Source: Acaryochloris marina MBIC11017 (GTDB lineage: Bacteria > Cyanobacteriota > Cyanobacteriia > Thermosynechococcales > Thermosynechococcaceae). From it: a stretch of 32,000 nucleotides of DNA. The notes under the pieces were generated by a model that did not search any database, was not told the origin of the DNA, and worked only from the letters and a program-made list of their open reading frames with translations. Each line of letters begins with the position of its first letter. The stretch's first letter is position 1. The DNA is taken from contig NC_009925.1 of assembly GCF_000018105.1 (NCBI RefSeq), forward strand, positions 3,570,001 to 3,602,000, read 5' to 3'. A program made the position numbers and the translations under genes. Positions 1 to 8,836 of the stretch are shown one piece after another.

Positions 1-90
1 ATGAATGGTTTCCAGGGCTGCTTCGGTAATTTCTTGGGCTGAGCGCTCTTTAGTGATCAGCTCTTGATGCAACGCTTGGATGGATGCCAT
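1..90 (-). CDS. gatA: Glu-tRNA(Gln) amidotransferase subunit A; only the first 30 codons are present and the gene runs off the window start
   Basis: Minus-strand translation from ATG at 90..88 gives MASIQALHQELITKERSAQEITEAALETIH. This matches the conserved GatA N-terminus as I recall it (M..I.ELH..L..KE.SA.EIT). The frame stays open to position 1. Confidence 0.55.
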   Translation of the reverse strand, partial: MASIQALHQELITKERSAQEITEAALETIH

Positions 91-141
91 GCAGCAAATC
101 CTTCTGTTCAAAATGTGCCAATCCTCAGTATACGGTGACCT

Positions 142-2373
142 ATGACTCACCCGCTTTATATCGCCTTTATTTGGCATCAGCATCAGCCTCTTTATAAAAG
201 CCGAGTCACCGGCCAATACCGACTTCCTTGGGTTCGGTTGCACGGTACAAAGGATTATTTAGATCTCGTCTTGTTGCTGAGTCGCTACCCCAAGTTGCAT
301 CAAACCGTCAACTTGGTGCCATCCCTGCTCATGCAGATCGAGGACTATGTAGCGAGGACTGCCATTGACCCTTATTTGGAAGTGGCGACTCTGCCTACAG
401 AAAAGCTGACGCCAGAACAACATCAATTTATTGCCCAGCATTTCTTTGATGCCCATCACCAAACTTTGGTTGATCCCCATCCTCGCTATGCAGAACTGTT
501 TTGCCAGAAGCAGGAAAAAGGGGAAGCCTGGTGCCTAGAAAACTGGACGGCCCAAGACTATGGCGATTTATTGGCCTGGCACAATCTCGCCTGGATTGAT
601 CCCCTGTTTTGGGATGATCCGGATATTGCTCGCTGGCTCAAACAGGACCGCGATTTTAGTCTTCAGGACCGCAAAGATATTATCGAAAAGCAGCGCCAGA
701 TCCTCAGTCGCATTGTGCCTCAACATCGACAGATGCAGGATGACGGTCAGCTAGAGGTGATGACAACTCCCTATACTCACCCCATTTTGCCCCTGTTAGC
801 GGATACCGATGCGGGACGGGTTGCGGTGCCCCATATGGATTTACCGGAAGCCCAGTTCCAATGGCCAGAAGATATCCCTCGCCACTTGCAAAAAGGGTGG
901 GAGATGTACGAAGAACGATTTGGACGTGCTCCCCGCGGATTATGGCCATCTGAGCAGTCGGTGAGTCCTAGTATTTTGCCCTATGTGGCCAAGCAGGGGT
1001 TTGACTGGCTATGCTCCGATGAGGCGGTTTTAGGGTGGACCACCCATCATTTCTTCCATCGAGATGAATATGGCAATGTCTTTGAACCGGAGATTCTCTA
1101 CCAGCCCTATCGCTTAAGTACCTATGAAGGTGATCTGTCGATTGTCTTTCGAGATCACCGATTGTCGGATCTCGTAGGCTTTACCTATAGCGCTATGCAG
1201 CCAAAAGAAGCCGCCTCTGATTTAGTGGGGCATCTGCATGCGATCGCAAACACCCTCATCGACCGCCAACCTGAAGAAGGCACCGCTTTGGCGAAGCCCT
1301 GGCTGGTGACGATTGCCCTCGATGGCGAAAACTGTTGGGAATACTATGAACGGGATGGCATTCCTTTCCTAGAAAGCCTCTATCAAAGGCTGAGTGAGAT
1401 TGATGACCTCAAACTCGTCACCGTCTCTGAATATCTGGAACAGTTCCCACCCCAAGCAACTCTGCCGACGACTAAACTCCATAGCGGATCTTGGGTGGAT
1501 GGTAGCTTCACCACTTGGATTGGCGATCCCGTTAAGAATCGAGCTTGGGATTTATTGACCGAGGCGAGAAAGACTTTAGAGAAGCATCCTGAAGCCACAG
1601 AAGAACAGAACCCAGATGCCTGGGAAGCCTTATACGCTGCAGAAGGATCTGACTGGTTTTGGTGGTTTGGTGAAGGACATTCTTCCAATCAAGATGAAAT
1701 TTTTGATCAGCTTTTCCGGGAGCATTTAGTCGCTCTCTATCAATCCTTAGACGAGCCAGTCCCCGAAGTACTTCAGTATCCTTTAGAAGAACATCAGTCC
1801 ACAGCAGATCATCGTCCCCAAAGCTTTATCCACCCTGTGATCAATGGCGTTGTGGATGAACAAGATTGGGATCATGCAGGTCGGATAACCATCGCTGGCT
1901 CCAGAGGTACGATGCATCGCAGTAGTACCATCCAGCGTCTCTGGTATGGCTTAGACCATCTGAATTTTTACATGCGATTCGATTTTCAGGTGGGTAAAAA
2001 ACCGGGCGTTGACTCTCCACCAGAACTACACTTGTTGTGGTTCTATCCGGGACAAACCATGAATAATAGCCCTATCCCCCTGGGCCAGATTCCTGATCAA
2101 AGCCCCCTCAACTATCGCTACCACCATCATTTGGGTATTAATCTCACCAATCACGATATTTGGTTGGAAGAAGCGGCTGACCATAACCAATGGCATGGTC
2201 GCTCCCATCGGGTACAGATTGGTCTTGATCAATGCCTAGAAATTGCAGTGCCTTGGAGCGATTTACATCTACAGCCTGATTGGCCCTTAGAGTTAGTGGT
2301 CGTTTTATCTAAACACGGTGAGTTCGTTGAACATCTGCCTGATAATACATTGGTGCCCTTGCAAGTGCCTTAG
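142..2373 (+). CDS. Glycoside hydrolase family 57 protein (alpha-glucan-active enzyme)
   Basis: 743-aa ORF starting at ATG 142. The blocks FIWHQHQPLY...LPWVRLHGTKDYLD, IALDGENCWEYY and GSDWFWWFGE are GH57 signatures as I know them. The size fits the roughly 730-aa cyanobacterial GH57 proteins. Confidence 0.85.
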   Translation: MTHPLYIAFIWHQHQPLYKSRVTGQYRLPWVRLHGTKDYLDLVLLLSRYPKLHQTVNLVPSLLMQIEDYVARTAIDPYLEVATLPTEKLTPEQHQFIAQHFFDAHHQTLVDPHPRYAELFCQKQEKGEAWCLENWTAQDYGDLLAWHNLAWIDPLFWDDPDIARWLKQDRDFSLQDRKDIIEKQRQILSRIVPQHRQMQDDGQLEVMTTPYTHPILPLLADTDAGRVAVPHMDLPEAQFQWPEDIPRHLQKGWEMYEERFGRAPRGLWPSEQSVSPSILPYVAKQGFDWLCSDEAVLGWTTHHFFHRDEYGNVFEPEILYQPYRLSTYEGDLSIVFRDHRLSDLVGFTYSAMQPKEAASDLVGHLHAIANTLIDRQPEEGTALAKPWLVTIALDGENCWEYYERDGIPFLESLYQRLSEIDDLKLVTVSEYLEQFPPQATLPTTKLHSGSWVDGSFTTWIGDPVKNRAWDLLTEARKTLEKHPEATEEQNPDAWEALYAAEGSDWFWWFGEGHSSNQDEIFDQLFREHLVALYQSLDEPVPEVLQYPLEEHQSTADHRPQSFIHPVINGVVDEQDWDHAGRITIAGSRGTMHRSSTIQRLWYGLDHLNFYMRFDFQVGKKPGVDSPPELHLLWFYPGQTMNNSPIPLGQIPDQSPLNYRYHHHLGINLTNHDIWLEEAADHNQWHGRSHRVQIGLDQCLEIAVPWSDLHLQPDWPLELVVVLSKHGEFVEHLPDNTLVPLQVP

Positions 2374-2410
2374 AAGTATGATTGGCTCTTTGCCTACACA
2401 AAACAAAAAA

Positions 2411-2449
2411 CAATAGCCCCCAGCACTGGTGTAGTTCTGGGGGCTATTG
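2411..2449. terminator. Bidirectional intrinsic terminator between the GH57 gene and amt copy 1
   Basis: A 12-bp perfect stem, CAATAGCCCCCA (2411-2422) with TGGGGGCTATTG (2438-2449). It is preceded by an A-run (AAACAAAAAA) and followed by TTGTTG. It lies between two convergent stop codons (2373 and 2503). Confidence 0.6.
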
Positions 2450-2502
2450 TTGATGAAAGATGACATATTCAACCCAGTGGATGGGGCTGGTACAAGGAAG
2501 CC

Positions 2503-3960
2503 TTATGCCTCTTTAAGGAAACCGCTATAGGCTTCCATGCCATGTTCGCTGATATCGAGTCCTTTGATTTCTTCTTCTTCAGGAACCCGGAGTCCAGCAA
2601 TTGCCTTGATGGCAGCCCAAGCAATGGCCGTGGTGACCAACGTGAAAGCACCGACAGCCAGGATACCAACGATTTGCGGAATCATTTGTTCAAAGCCACC
2701 GCCTAGGATAAGACCCTTAGCAGGACCGCCTCCTTCGCCATAGATCAGACCATCTGGTCCTTGAGAAAATAGACCGACCGCCAAAGTGCCCCAAACACCA
2801 CAGACACAGTGAACAGAGATGGCACCCACTGGGTCATCAATCTTCATGCCATCGATGATAGTGACCGCAAACACAACAATCACCCCAGCAATCAGACCAA
2901 TCACTGCAGCCCAAGGAACCGTCACCCAAGCACAAGGGGCCGTAATGCCCACTAAGCCAGCCAAGATGCCATTGATGACCATGGATAAATCAGGCTTGCC
3001 GAGGTAGAACCAAGCCGTGAAAGTTGCCGCAACGCCACCGAAAGCAGCCGCAATATTCGTAGTCAGGGCCACATGAGCAATGGCAGCACCATCCCCTACC
3101 CCCATAGTGGATCCTGGGTTAAAGCCAAACCATCCTAACCACAGAATCAAACACCCTAGAGTAGCAATACTCATATTGTGACCAGGCATAGCAGTGGCCC
3201 CAGTTTGAGAATAGCGACCTAACCGAGGTCCAAGGAACGCAGCACCGACGAAAGCTGCCCAGCCTCCGACAGAGTGGACGACTGTAGAACCGGCAAAGTC
3301 CCAAAAGCCCATACCTGCTAACCAGCCGCCACCCCAAATCCAATGACCAGAAATGGGATAGAGAATGCCAGTGAGCACTAAGCTAAAAATCAAGAAAGAG
3401 ACAAACTTAATGCGCTCAGCCACTGCTCCAGACACAATGGTGGCTGCAGTTCCAGCAAACACAAGTTGGAAGAGGAATTTGGCAAAGAGTGGAACTCCTG
3501 TCCAATTCAAAGCTCCAAAAATACCTTCATAGGCATCTCCAGTGGCTGGACTGTTGTCAGCACCACCGACGAACCACCCGGCAGTCCCTAAGACCGGATT
3601 GCCATCGCCAAACATCAAGCCAAAACCAATAGCCCAGTAGGCAATGGTGGCTAATGCAAACACAATCAAGTTTTTGGCTAGGATATTGACGGCATTCTTT
3701 TGACGACAGAAGCCCGTTTCCAGCATGCCGAATCCGGCGTTCATAAAAAAGACTAAAAAAGCACAGAGCAGTACCCAAACCGTATCTAACCCAACGGTGA
3801 GGGTTGCTGTGGGGTCAGGGGGAGCTGCTTCTTGGGCAACAGCGGCCACAGACCAAAATAATAAAACTATTGCTGTCATTGGCATGCAAAGCTGCCAAGC
3901 AGGAGATAAGCGCTTTCTGCGCTTGAGGTTTTTAGACCTCGATTTAATTGGCTTAGACAT
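2503..3960 (-). CDS. amt: Ammonium transporter (Amt/MEP family), copy 1
   Basis: The ORF is open from 3999 (TTG). I prefer ATG at 3960 (MSKPIK...). It has many hydrophobic helices, a leader ending ...[13 protein letters not shown], and the Amt signatures [16 protein letters not shown] and [17 protein letters not shown] (the two pore histidines). The C-terminus is ...[10 protein letters not shown]. Confidence 0.92.
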   Translation of the reverse strand: MSKPIKSRSKNLKRRKRLSPAWQLCMPMTAIVLLFWSVAAVAQEAAPPDPTATLTVGLDTVWVLLCAFLVFFMNAGFGMLETGFCRQKNAVNILAKNLIVFALATIAYWAIGFGLMFGDGNPVLGTAGWFVGGADNSPATGDAYEGIFGALNWTGVPLFAKFLFQLVFAGTAATIVSGAVAERIKFVSFLIFSLVLTGILYPISGHWIWGGGWLAGMGFWDFAGSTVVHSVGGWAAFVGAAFLGPRLGRYSQTGATAMPGHNMSIATLGCLILWLGWFGFNPGSTMGVGDGAAIAHVALTTNIAAAFGGVAATFTAWFYLGKPDLSMVINGILAGLVGITAPCAWVTVPWAAVIGLIAGVIVVFAVTIIDGMKIDDPVGAISVHCVCGVWGTLAVGLFSQGPDGLIYGEGGGPAKGLILGGGFEQMIPQIVGILAVGAFTLVTTAIAWAAIKAIAGLRVPEEEEIKGLDISEHGMEAYSGFLKEA

Positions 3961-4010
3961 CACCACAATACGTTTCCTAGATAAACGATGGACAACCAAT
4001 TGCTCTAGTA
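2510..4010. repeat. Tandem duplication unit A (1,501 bp, identical to 4437-5937)
   Basis: Base-by-base comparison at offset 1,927 at the two boundaries and at two internal positions showed no mismatch. Every six-frame ORF inside the block translates identically to its partner. Confidence 0.95.
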
Positions 4011-4136
4011 ATTGATTTGGATAAAGGCATCGAAACCATGACTAAATAACAAATTGAGGGCCATCTTTGAATGATTACTGAAGGGACAGTTAGGGCTTGA
4101 ATCGACTGAAACCTCTTTGGGGTCCTAATCTAATCG

Positions 4137-4178
4137 ATTCAACAGTGCTAGGTACTGTAAATCTGTATTTTTAGATAC
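4137..4178 (-). promoter_or_regulatory. Putative NtcA-activated promoter of amt copy 1 (NtcA box plus -10-like hexamer)
   Basis: GTATTTTTAGATAC (4165-4178) fits GTA-N8-TAC. On the minus strand it is followed after 22 nt by TTGAAT (4142..4137). The same arrangement is conserved upstream of copy 2 although the surrounding sequence has diverged. amt genes are classical NtcA targets in cyanobacteria. Confidence 0.55.
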
Positions 4179-4291
4179 ATTTTTATTTTGCAAAAGACCT
4201 CATGGCCTAACTGGGCCAGTCCATTGAAGCCTCAATCATAAAATATTCTCCACCCTATCCTTAGATGTAAACCTGAGCCTATGTAGTTTGG

Positions 4292-4341
4292 ATATATTCA
4301 CAAAACGCCCTGGATTACACCAGGGCGTTTTGTGAATATAT
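4292..4341. terminator. Long perfect hairpin / bidirectional terminator downstream of amt copy 2
   Basis: ATATATTCACAAAACGCCCTGG (4292-4313), loop ATTACA, CCAGGGCGTTTTGTGAATATAT (4320-4341). This is a 22-bp perfect stem. Its inner part is a GC stem flanked by AAAA and TTTT, as in canonical intrinsic terminators. Confidence 0.65.
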
Positions 4342-4393
4342 GTTATTCAAGCTCTAATGTTAGCCATGCTTTAGATGGCTGTTTAGAGAAGTG

Positions 4394-5887
4394 TTAGCGT
4401 ATCGCTGAGGTTGCTCGACTGCCTTGAACTTGAGCATCTTTAAGGAAACCGCTATAGGCTTCCATGCCATGTTCGCTGATATCGAGTCCTTTGATTTCTT
4501 CTTCTTCAGGAACCCGGAGTCCAGCAATTGCCTTGATGGCAGCCCAAGCAATGGCCGTGGTGACCAACGTGAAAGCACCGACAGCCAGGATACCAACGAT
4601 TTGCGGAATCATTTGTTCAAAGCCACCGCCTAGGATAAGACCCTTAGCAGGACCGCCTCCTTCGCCATAGATCAGACCATCTGGTCCTTGAGAAAATAGA
4701 CCGACCGCCAAAGTGCCCCAAACACCACAGACACAGTGAACAGAGATGGCACCCACTGGGTCATCAATCTTCATGCCATCGATGATAGTGACCGCAAACA
4801 CAACAATCACCCCAGCAATCAGACCAATCACTGCAGCCCAAGGAACCGTCACCCAAGCACAAGGGGCCGTAATGCCCACTAAGCCAGCCAAGATGCCATT
4901 GATGACCATGGATAAATCAGGCTTGCCGAGGTAGAACCAAGCCGTGAAAGTTGCCGCAACGCCACCGAAAGCAGCCGCAATATTCGTAGTCAGGGCCACA
5001 TGAGCAATGGCAGCACCATCCCCTACCCCCATAGTGGATCCTGGGTTAAAGCCAAACCATCCTAACCACAGAATCAAACACCCTAGAGTAGCAATACTCA
5101 TATTGTGACCAGGCATAGCAGTGGCCCCAGTTTGAGAATAGCGACCTAACCGAGGTCCAAGGAACGCAGCACCGACGAAAGCTGCCCAGCCTCCGACAGA
5201 GTGGACGACTGTAGAACCGGCAAAGTCCCAAAAGCCCATACCTGCTAACCAGCCGCCACCCCAAATCCAATGACCAGAAATGGGATAGAGAATGCCAGTG
5301 AGCACTAAGCTAAAAATCAAGAAAGAGACAAACTTAATGCGCTCAGCCACTGCTCCAGACACAATGGTGGCTGCAGTTCCAGCAAACACAAGTTGGAAGA
5401 GGAATTTGGCAAAGAGTGGAACTCCTGTCCAATTCAAAGCTCCAAAAATACCTTCATAGGCATCTCCAGTGGCTGGACTGTTGTCAGCACCACCGACGAA
5501 CCACCCGGCAGTCCCTAAGACCGGATTGCCATCGCCAAACATCAAGCCAAAACCAATAGCCCAGTAGGCAATGGTGGCTAATGCAAACACAATCAAGTTT
5601 TTGGCTAGGATATTGACGGCATTCTTTTGACGACAGAAGCCCGTTTCCAGCATGCCGAATCCGGCGTTCATAAAAAAGACTAAAAAAGCACAGAGCAGTA
5701 CCCAAACCGTATCTAACCCAACGGTGAGGGTTGCTGTGGGGTCAGGGGGAGCTGCTTCTTGGGCAACAGCGGCCACAGACCAAAATAATAAAACTATTGC
5801 TGTCATTGGCATGCAAAGCTGCCAAGCAGGAGATAAGCGCTTTCTGCGCTTGAGGTTTTTAGACCTCGATTTAATTGGCTTAGACAT
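4394..5887 (-). CDS. amt: Ammonium transporter (Amt/MEP family), copy 2
   Basis: The protein is the same as copy 1 except for the C-terminal tail (...[22 protein letters not shown]). The ORF is open from TTG 5926. I prefer ATG at 5887, which is equivalent to 3960 in copy 1. Confidence 0.92.
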   Translation of the reverse strand: MSKPIKSRSKNLKRRKRLSPAWQLCMPMTAIVLLFWSVAAVAQEAAPPDPTATLTVGLDTVWVLLCAFLVFFMNAGFGMLETGFCRQKNAVNILAKNLIVFALATIAYWAIGFGLMFGDGNPVLGTAGWFVGGADNSPATGDAYEGIFGALNWTGVPLFAKFLFQLVFAGTAATIVSGAVAERIKFVSFLIFSLVLTGILYPISGHWIWGGGWLAGMGFWDFAGSTVVHSVGGWAAFVGAAFLGPRLGRYSQTGATAMPGHNMSIATLGCLILWLGWFGFNPGSTMGVGDGAAIAHVALTTNIAAAFGGVAATFTAWFYLGKPDLSMVINGILAGLVGITAPCAWVTVPWAAVIGLIAGVIVVFAVTIIDGMKIDDPVGAISVHCVCGVWGTLAVGLFSQGPDGLIYGEGGGPAKGLILGGGFEQMIPQIVGILAVGAFTLVTTAIAWAAIKAIAGLRVPEEEEIKGLDISEHGMEAYSGFLKDAQVQGSRATSAIR

Positions 5888-5937
5888 CACCACAATACGT
5901 TTCCTAGATAAACGATGGACAACCAATTGCTCTAGTA
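4437..5937. repeat. Tandem duplication unit B (1,501 bp, identical to 2510-4010)
   Basis: See unit A. Identity ends at 4010/5937 on one side and 2510/4437 on the other. Confidence 0.95.
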
Positions 5938-6068
5938 GTTGATTTAGATGTAGAGACTTCAGCCATTCCTAAAATTTGGATACTAAAGCAATTAAACGAT
6001 CTAAAGAAGATAAGCCCGATCGATAAAGCAAATTGGATATGGGTTCACCCAACCCACTGATTTAATCG

Positions 6069-6111
6069 ATTCAACACGTGGTAGAGTTCACAATTCTGTA
6101 TAAGGCGATAC
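6069..6111 (-). promoter_or_regulatory. Putative NtcA-activated promoter of amt copy 2
   Basis: GTATAAGGCGATAC (6098-6111) fits GTA-N8-TAC. TTGAAT lies on the minus strand at 6074..6069, 23 nt downstream. It shares the blocks TAATCGATTCAACA and GATACATTTTT with the copy 1 promoter. Confidence 0.55.
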
Positions 6112-6231
6112 ATTTTTTTCTGGTCAGAGAACAGAGTAACCTGAAAGTAGTAGATCAAGGATATATTGGGGTTTCTCACCTAATTCCCCAAAACTTTACA
6201 TTGATATAGCATCTAGGGTTTGACATTAAAT

Positions 6232-7095
6232 ATGAGTAAGGTTTGGGAAATCGATTTTTATTCGCGCCCTATTTTAGACGAGCAACAAAAAAAAATTTGG
6301 GAACTCCTCGTTTGTGATTCTCAACGGAACTTTGAGTTCACCAAAGTTTGCTCTGGTTCACAGGCCAATGCCCGTTGGCTACAAGAAGCATTAGCTGAGG
6401 CGTTACCCCTATGGCGTCAGCAAGCCAATTATGGTGAACAAGACTTTCCAGAAAGAATTCGCTTTTTTCGGCGTTCGATGAAAAGTATCATTCCGCGGGC
6501 TTGTGAAGCGTTGGAGATCCCCGCCCAACCGAGCCGGAGAACCTTTGGGGTATATCAGTGGCTTTGTGAACGGGAGCAGACTGTTTACCCCCAGCATCCG
6601 GGGTATCAACCTATGATGGCTGCGCCCATGACTTTTGAGCCCACCTTGCCTAAGCCTTTACCGGATGCCTTGCAAGGAGAGGGCTGGCGACTCGTAACGC
6701 TTCAACTCAGTGCGTTTGAAGAGATGGACGAGTGGGATATTGCTTTCGGCGCTAAAATTCCGTTGGCGCAGTTGAACCTCCCGCCAGAGACTGCAATTCC
6801 CGGGCTCCTGATTTTCTCGGAGCGCTCTACTCCTTTGGCAGGGTGGATGTCGGGTTTGGAATTGGCCTGCCTGAAACTGGAAATGGATCCTAAACCTCAA
6901 TTGCTTTTAGAAACAGGGCTTAGCGATCGCTGGGTGATTGCCTATCTGAATGATGATCCCCTGGTGGCAGAAATTCAAGATTTTGAAAAAACCAAGCAGG
7001 CTGCTCAGCAAGTTCATTTTGTGGCGGTGCAATCTTCGCCTGAATCTGAACAATTTGCCGGGTTCTGGTTAATGCAAGAAATAATGGCTGCTTAA
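6232..7095 (+). CDS. Tab2/ATAB2-like RNA-binding protein (DUF1092)
   Basis: MSKVWEIDFYSRPILDEQQKKIWELLVCDS... is the characteristic DUF1092/Tab2 N-terminus. The ORF track starts at TTG 6220, but ATG 6232 is more plausible. Confidence 0.75.
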   Translation: MSKVWEIDFYSRPILDEQQKKIWELLVCDSQRNFEFTKVCSGSQANARWLQEALAEALPLWRQQANYGEQDFPERIRFFRRSMKSIIPRACEALEIPAQPSRRTFGVYQWLCEREQTVYPQHPGYQPMMAAPMTFEPTLPKPLPDALQGEGWRLVTLQLSAFEEMDEWDIAFGAKIPLAQLNLPPETAIPGLLIFSERSTPLAGWMSGLELACLKLEMDPKPQLLLETGLSDRWVIAYLNDDPLVAEIQDFEKTKQAAQQVHFVAVQSSPESEQFAGFWLMQEIMAA

Positions 7096-7160
7096 TGCTG
7101 GGCTCTAGCTCCATCTTGTGAAAGTTAAGTCAAATCTGTAGACAGTTCTCCAGGCTGGCT

Positions 7161-8759
7161 TTAGGCACCTAGGGCTAACCATCGTTTCTGAAGTGTATTC
7201 AGGCGAAGATAGGCCAACTTGGGAGAAAAATCTGATCTGAGTAGTCCACCATGGGGCCAGAAGCTGCCATCAGCAAGATCCCACCATGTCACGGCTTGAA
7301 TATAGGATTTGCTGTAGCACAAGGTATAGAACTGTTCGACCCAATCGGCTTGAATATTCTCAGTCCAAGGAGCATGCCAGAGACCGGGGGGATTTGGGAA
7401 AGGGGTATTCTCAGCCCGCGTGGTGTTGGAGGACACCCCTAATTCTGTGATGTGAATCGGTTTACCGAGCTGGCTAAACCGCTCTAAGAGACGATTAATT
7501 TCAAACATGTCTTGATTGGGGTAGTACAGCTGCATACCGATAATTTCAAACGGAATATCAGTCTCCAAACAGGTTTGTAGATATTGATAGGCACTTTGTA
7601 ATGGGGGTTGGCGGGGACCCTTAGGAATATATTCGGCCCACTGGCAACAGGTGTTGATGATTCGTTTTGCATTGGGATAGCCCTTGGCCGTTGCTAGAGT
7701 GGCTAACTGAGTCATCTCTCGCTGTTGTTCAGCAGAGTAGTTGAGGGTGTTGGCCCAATCAATATCGTGGGCTTCGTTGATGATGTCGTAGTAGGGAATG
7801 CGATTGCCATATCGTCTCGTAATCTCTTGTACCCGCTGACGCAGCAAATCTTGGAGTTCTGCATAGGGTTTGTCCCTGGCCCAGGCGGGGAGTCCCGCCC
7901 CGTGAAACCAGACCAACGGGTGCCCTTTTGGTGTAATCCCTTCAGCTTCCAGCCAATTCACCATTTCGTCAGTTTTAGCAAAATTGGGCTTTCCGGCTTC
8001 TGGCTCAAAGGAACGCCAATAGAAGGGCAGGGTGGCAAAGTTAAACAGCTGTTTAAATCGGCGATCATAATCGTCTCCTGCTGTAGGGTGACGAAAGAAG
8101 TTGCAGCCAAATAGAAAATCGGGTCGATGGCCCCGCTGATTAATTTGGTGCTGAGCGTGGGCGAAGACGGCAGATTCCCCTGCCCACAAGCTCTCTCGTA
8201 GAGAATCATTGGTCAAGGCGGCCATGGCTTTGGGACTGGAAGCTGCTTGGGCTTGCTGGAGGTAAGCCTCAGCTAGCTGAAGTTGTTCGGTAATGGGAGC
8301 GGAACATTCAAAGCCTTGTTGTTGCCATGTTGCTATCGCAGTCCGCACCCGATGTATCCGAGACTCAGCACAGGCCAAATTCAAATTCAGAGGAAAGTCT
8401 GCTGGCGTATATCCTTGGCCCTGGTTATCGGCATAAAGAGCAACTTTACCAAACCCTTTAACCGCCAGATAGAGAACAATTGCAAACGGAACAGAGGGGG
8501 TTGTGGTCCACAACACACCCGAGTCCACTTGACGGGGAGGATTGGGCATGGGTTCATCCCCTAGGGTGAGGAACAATGTTTGGTTGAAGACTTTAGCAGG
8601 CATGGGTTTGCCCGTAGATGTCCATGCCTGCAGCTTGATCCGATTTGTAAGGGCAGGAACCTTGGCCTTAGATTGTTCAGAGGGTGAAGCACCCAAGGCG
8701 AGGAGTGCTGCTGTTCCGCCTGTTAGCGTTAAAAATTGCCGTCGATCGATTGCCGCCAT
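7161..8759 (-). CDS. Tat-exported glycoside hydrolase family 10-like enzyme (endo-1,4-beta-xylanase family) with an N-terminal extra domain of about 190 aa
   Basis: Twin-arginine leader MAAIDRRQFLTLTGGTAALLALGA. GH10-type catalytic Glu motifs YDIINEAHD (acid/base) and IHITELGVSS (nucleophile) occur in the C-terminal 340 aa. Confidence 0.7.
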   Translation of the reverse strand: MAAIDRRQFLTLTGGTAALLALGASPSEQSKAKVPALTNRIKLQAWTSTGKPMPAKVFNQTLFLTLGDEPMPNPPRQVDSGVLWTTTPSVPFAIVLYLAVKGFGKVALYADNQGQGYTPADFPLNLNLACAESRIHRVRTAIATWQQQGFECSAPITEQLQLAEAYLQQAQAASSPKAMAALTNDSLRESLWAGESAVFAHAQHQINQRGHRPDFLFGCNFFRHPTAGDDYDRRFKQLFNFATLPFYWRSFEPEAGKPNFAKTDEMVNWLEAEGITPKGHPLVWFHGAGLPAWARDKPYAELQDLLRQRVQEITRRYGNRIPYYDIINEAHDIDWANTLNYSAEQQREMTQLATLATAKGYPNAKRIINTCCQWAEYIPKGPRQPPLQSAYQYLQTCLETDIPFEIIGMQLYYPNQDMFEINRLLERFSQLGKPIHITELGVSSNTTRAENTPFPNPPGLWHAPWTENIQADWVEQFYTLCYSKSYIQAVTWWDLADGSFWPHGGLLRSDFSPKLAYLRLNTLQKRWLALGA

Positions 8760-8836
8760 GCAGGGTCCCCCATTTTGAGTTGTCAGCTAAAGTTAGCGAT
8801 CCGGGTAATCTGACTGCAAGGTACCCAATATTTGTA

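Noticed and set aside
4091-4105. TAGGGCTTGAATCGA in the spacer between the amt copies matches the IS terminus (TAGGGCTTGCTTCGA) at 13 of 15 positions, which hints at IS-mediated duplication
   Set aside because: Similarity ends after 15 nt and there is no partner end. The copy 1 and copy 2 leaders have nearly equal length (about 121 vs 126 nt), so nothing appears inserted. This is most likely chance, but it could be rechecked once all IS copies are known.
2537-5942. Numerous 60-100-aa ORFs on both strands inside the two amt genes (for example 2537..2743, 2819..3007, 3119..3343, 3557..3778, 3725..4015 and their copies at +1,927)
   Set aside because: They are shadow frames of a long, well-supported transporter gene. 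They are duplicated only because the DNA is duplicated, and they have low-complexity or odd composition.
8684-8836. N-terminal 51 codons of the 919-aa ORF (MKHPRRGVLLFRLL...)
   Set aside because: This part overlaps the 5' end of the divergent GH10 gene on the other strand and lacks membrane-protein character. The in-frame ATG at 8837 gives a sensible start.
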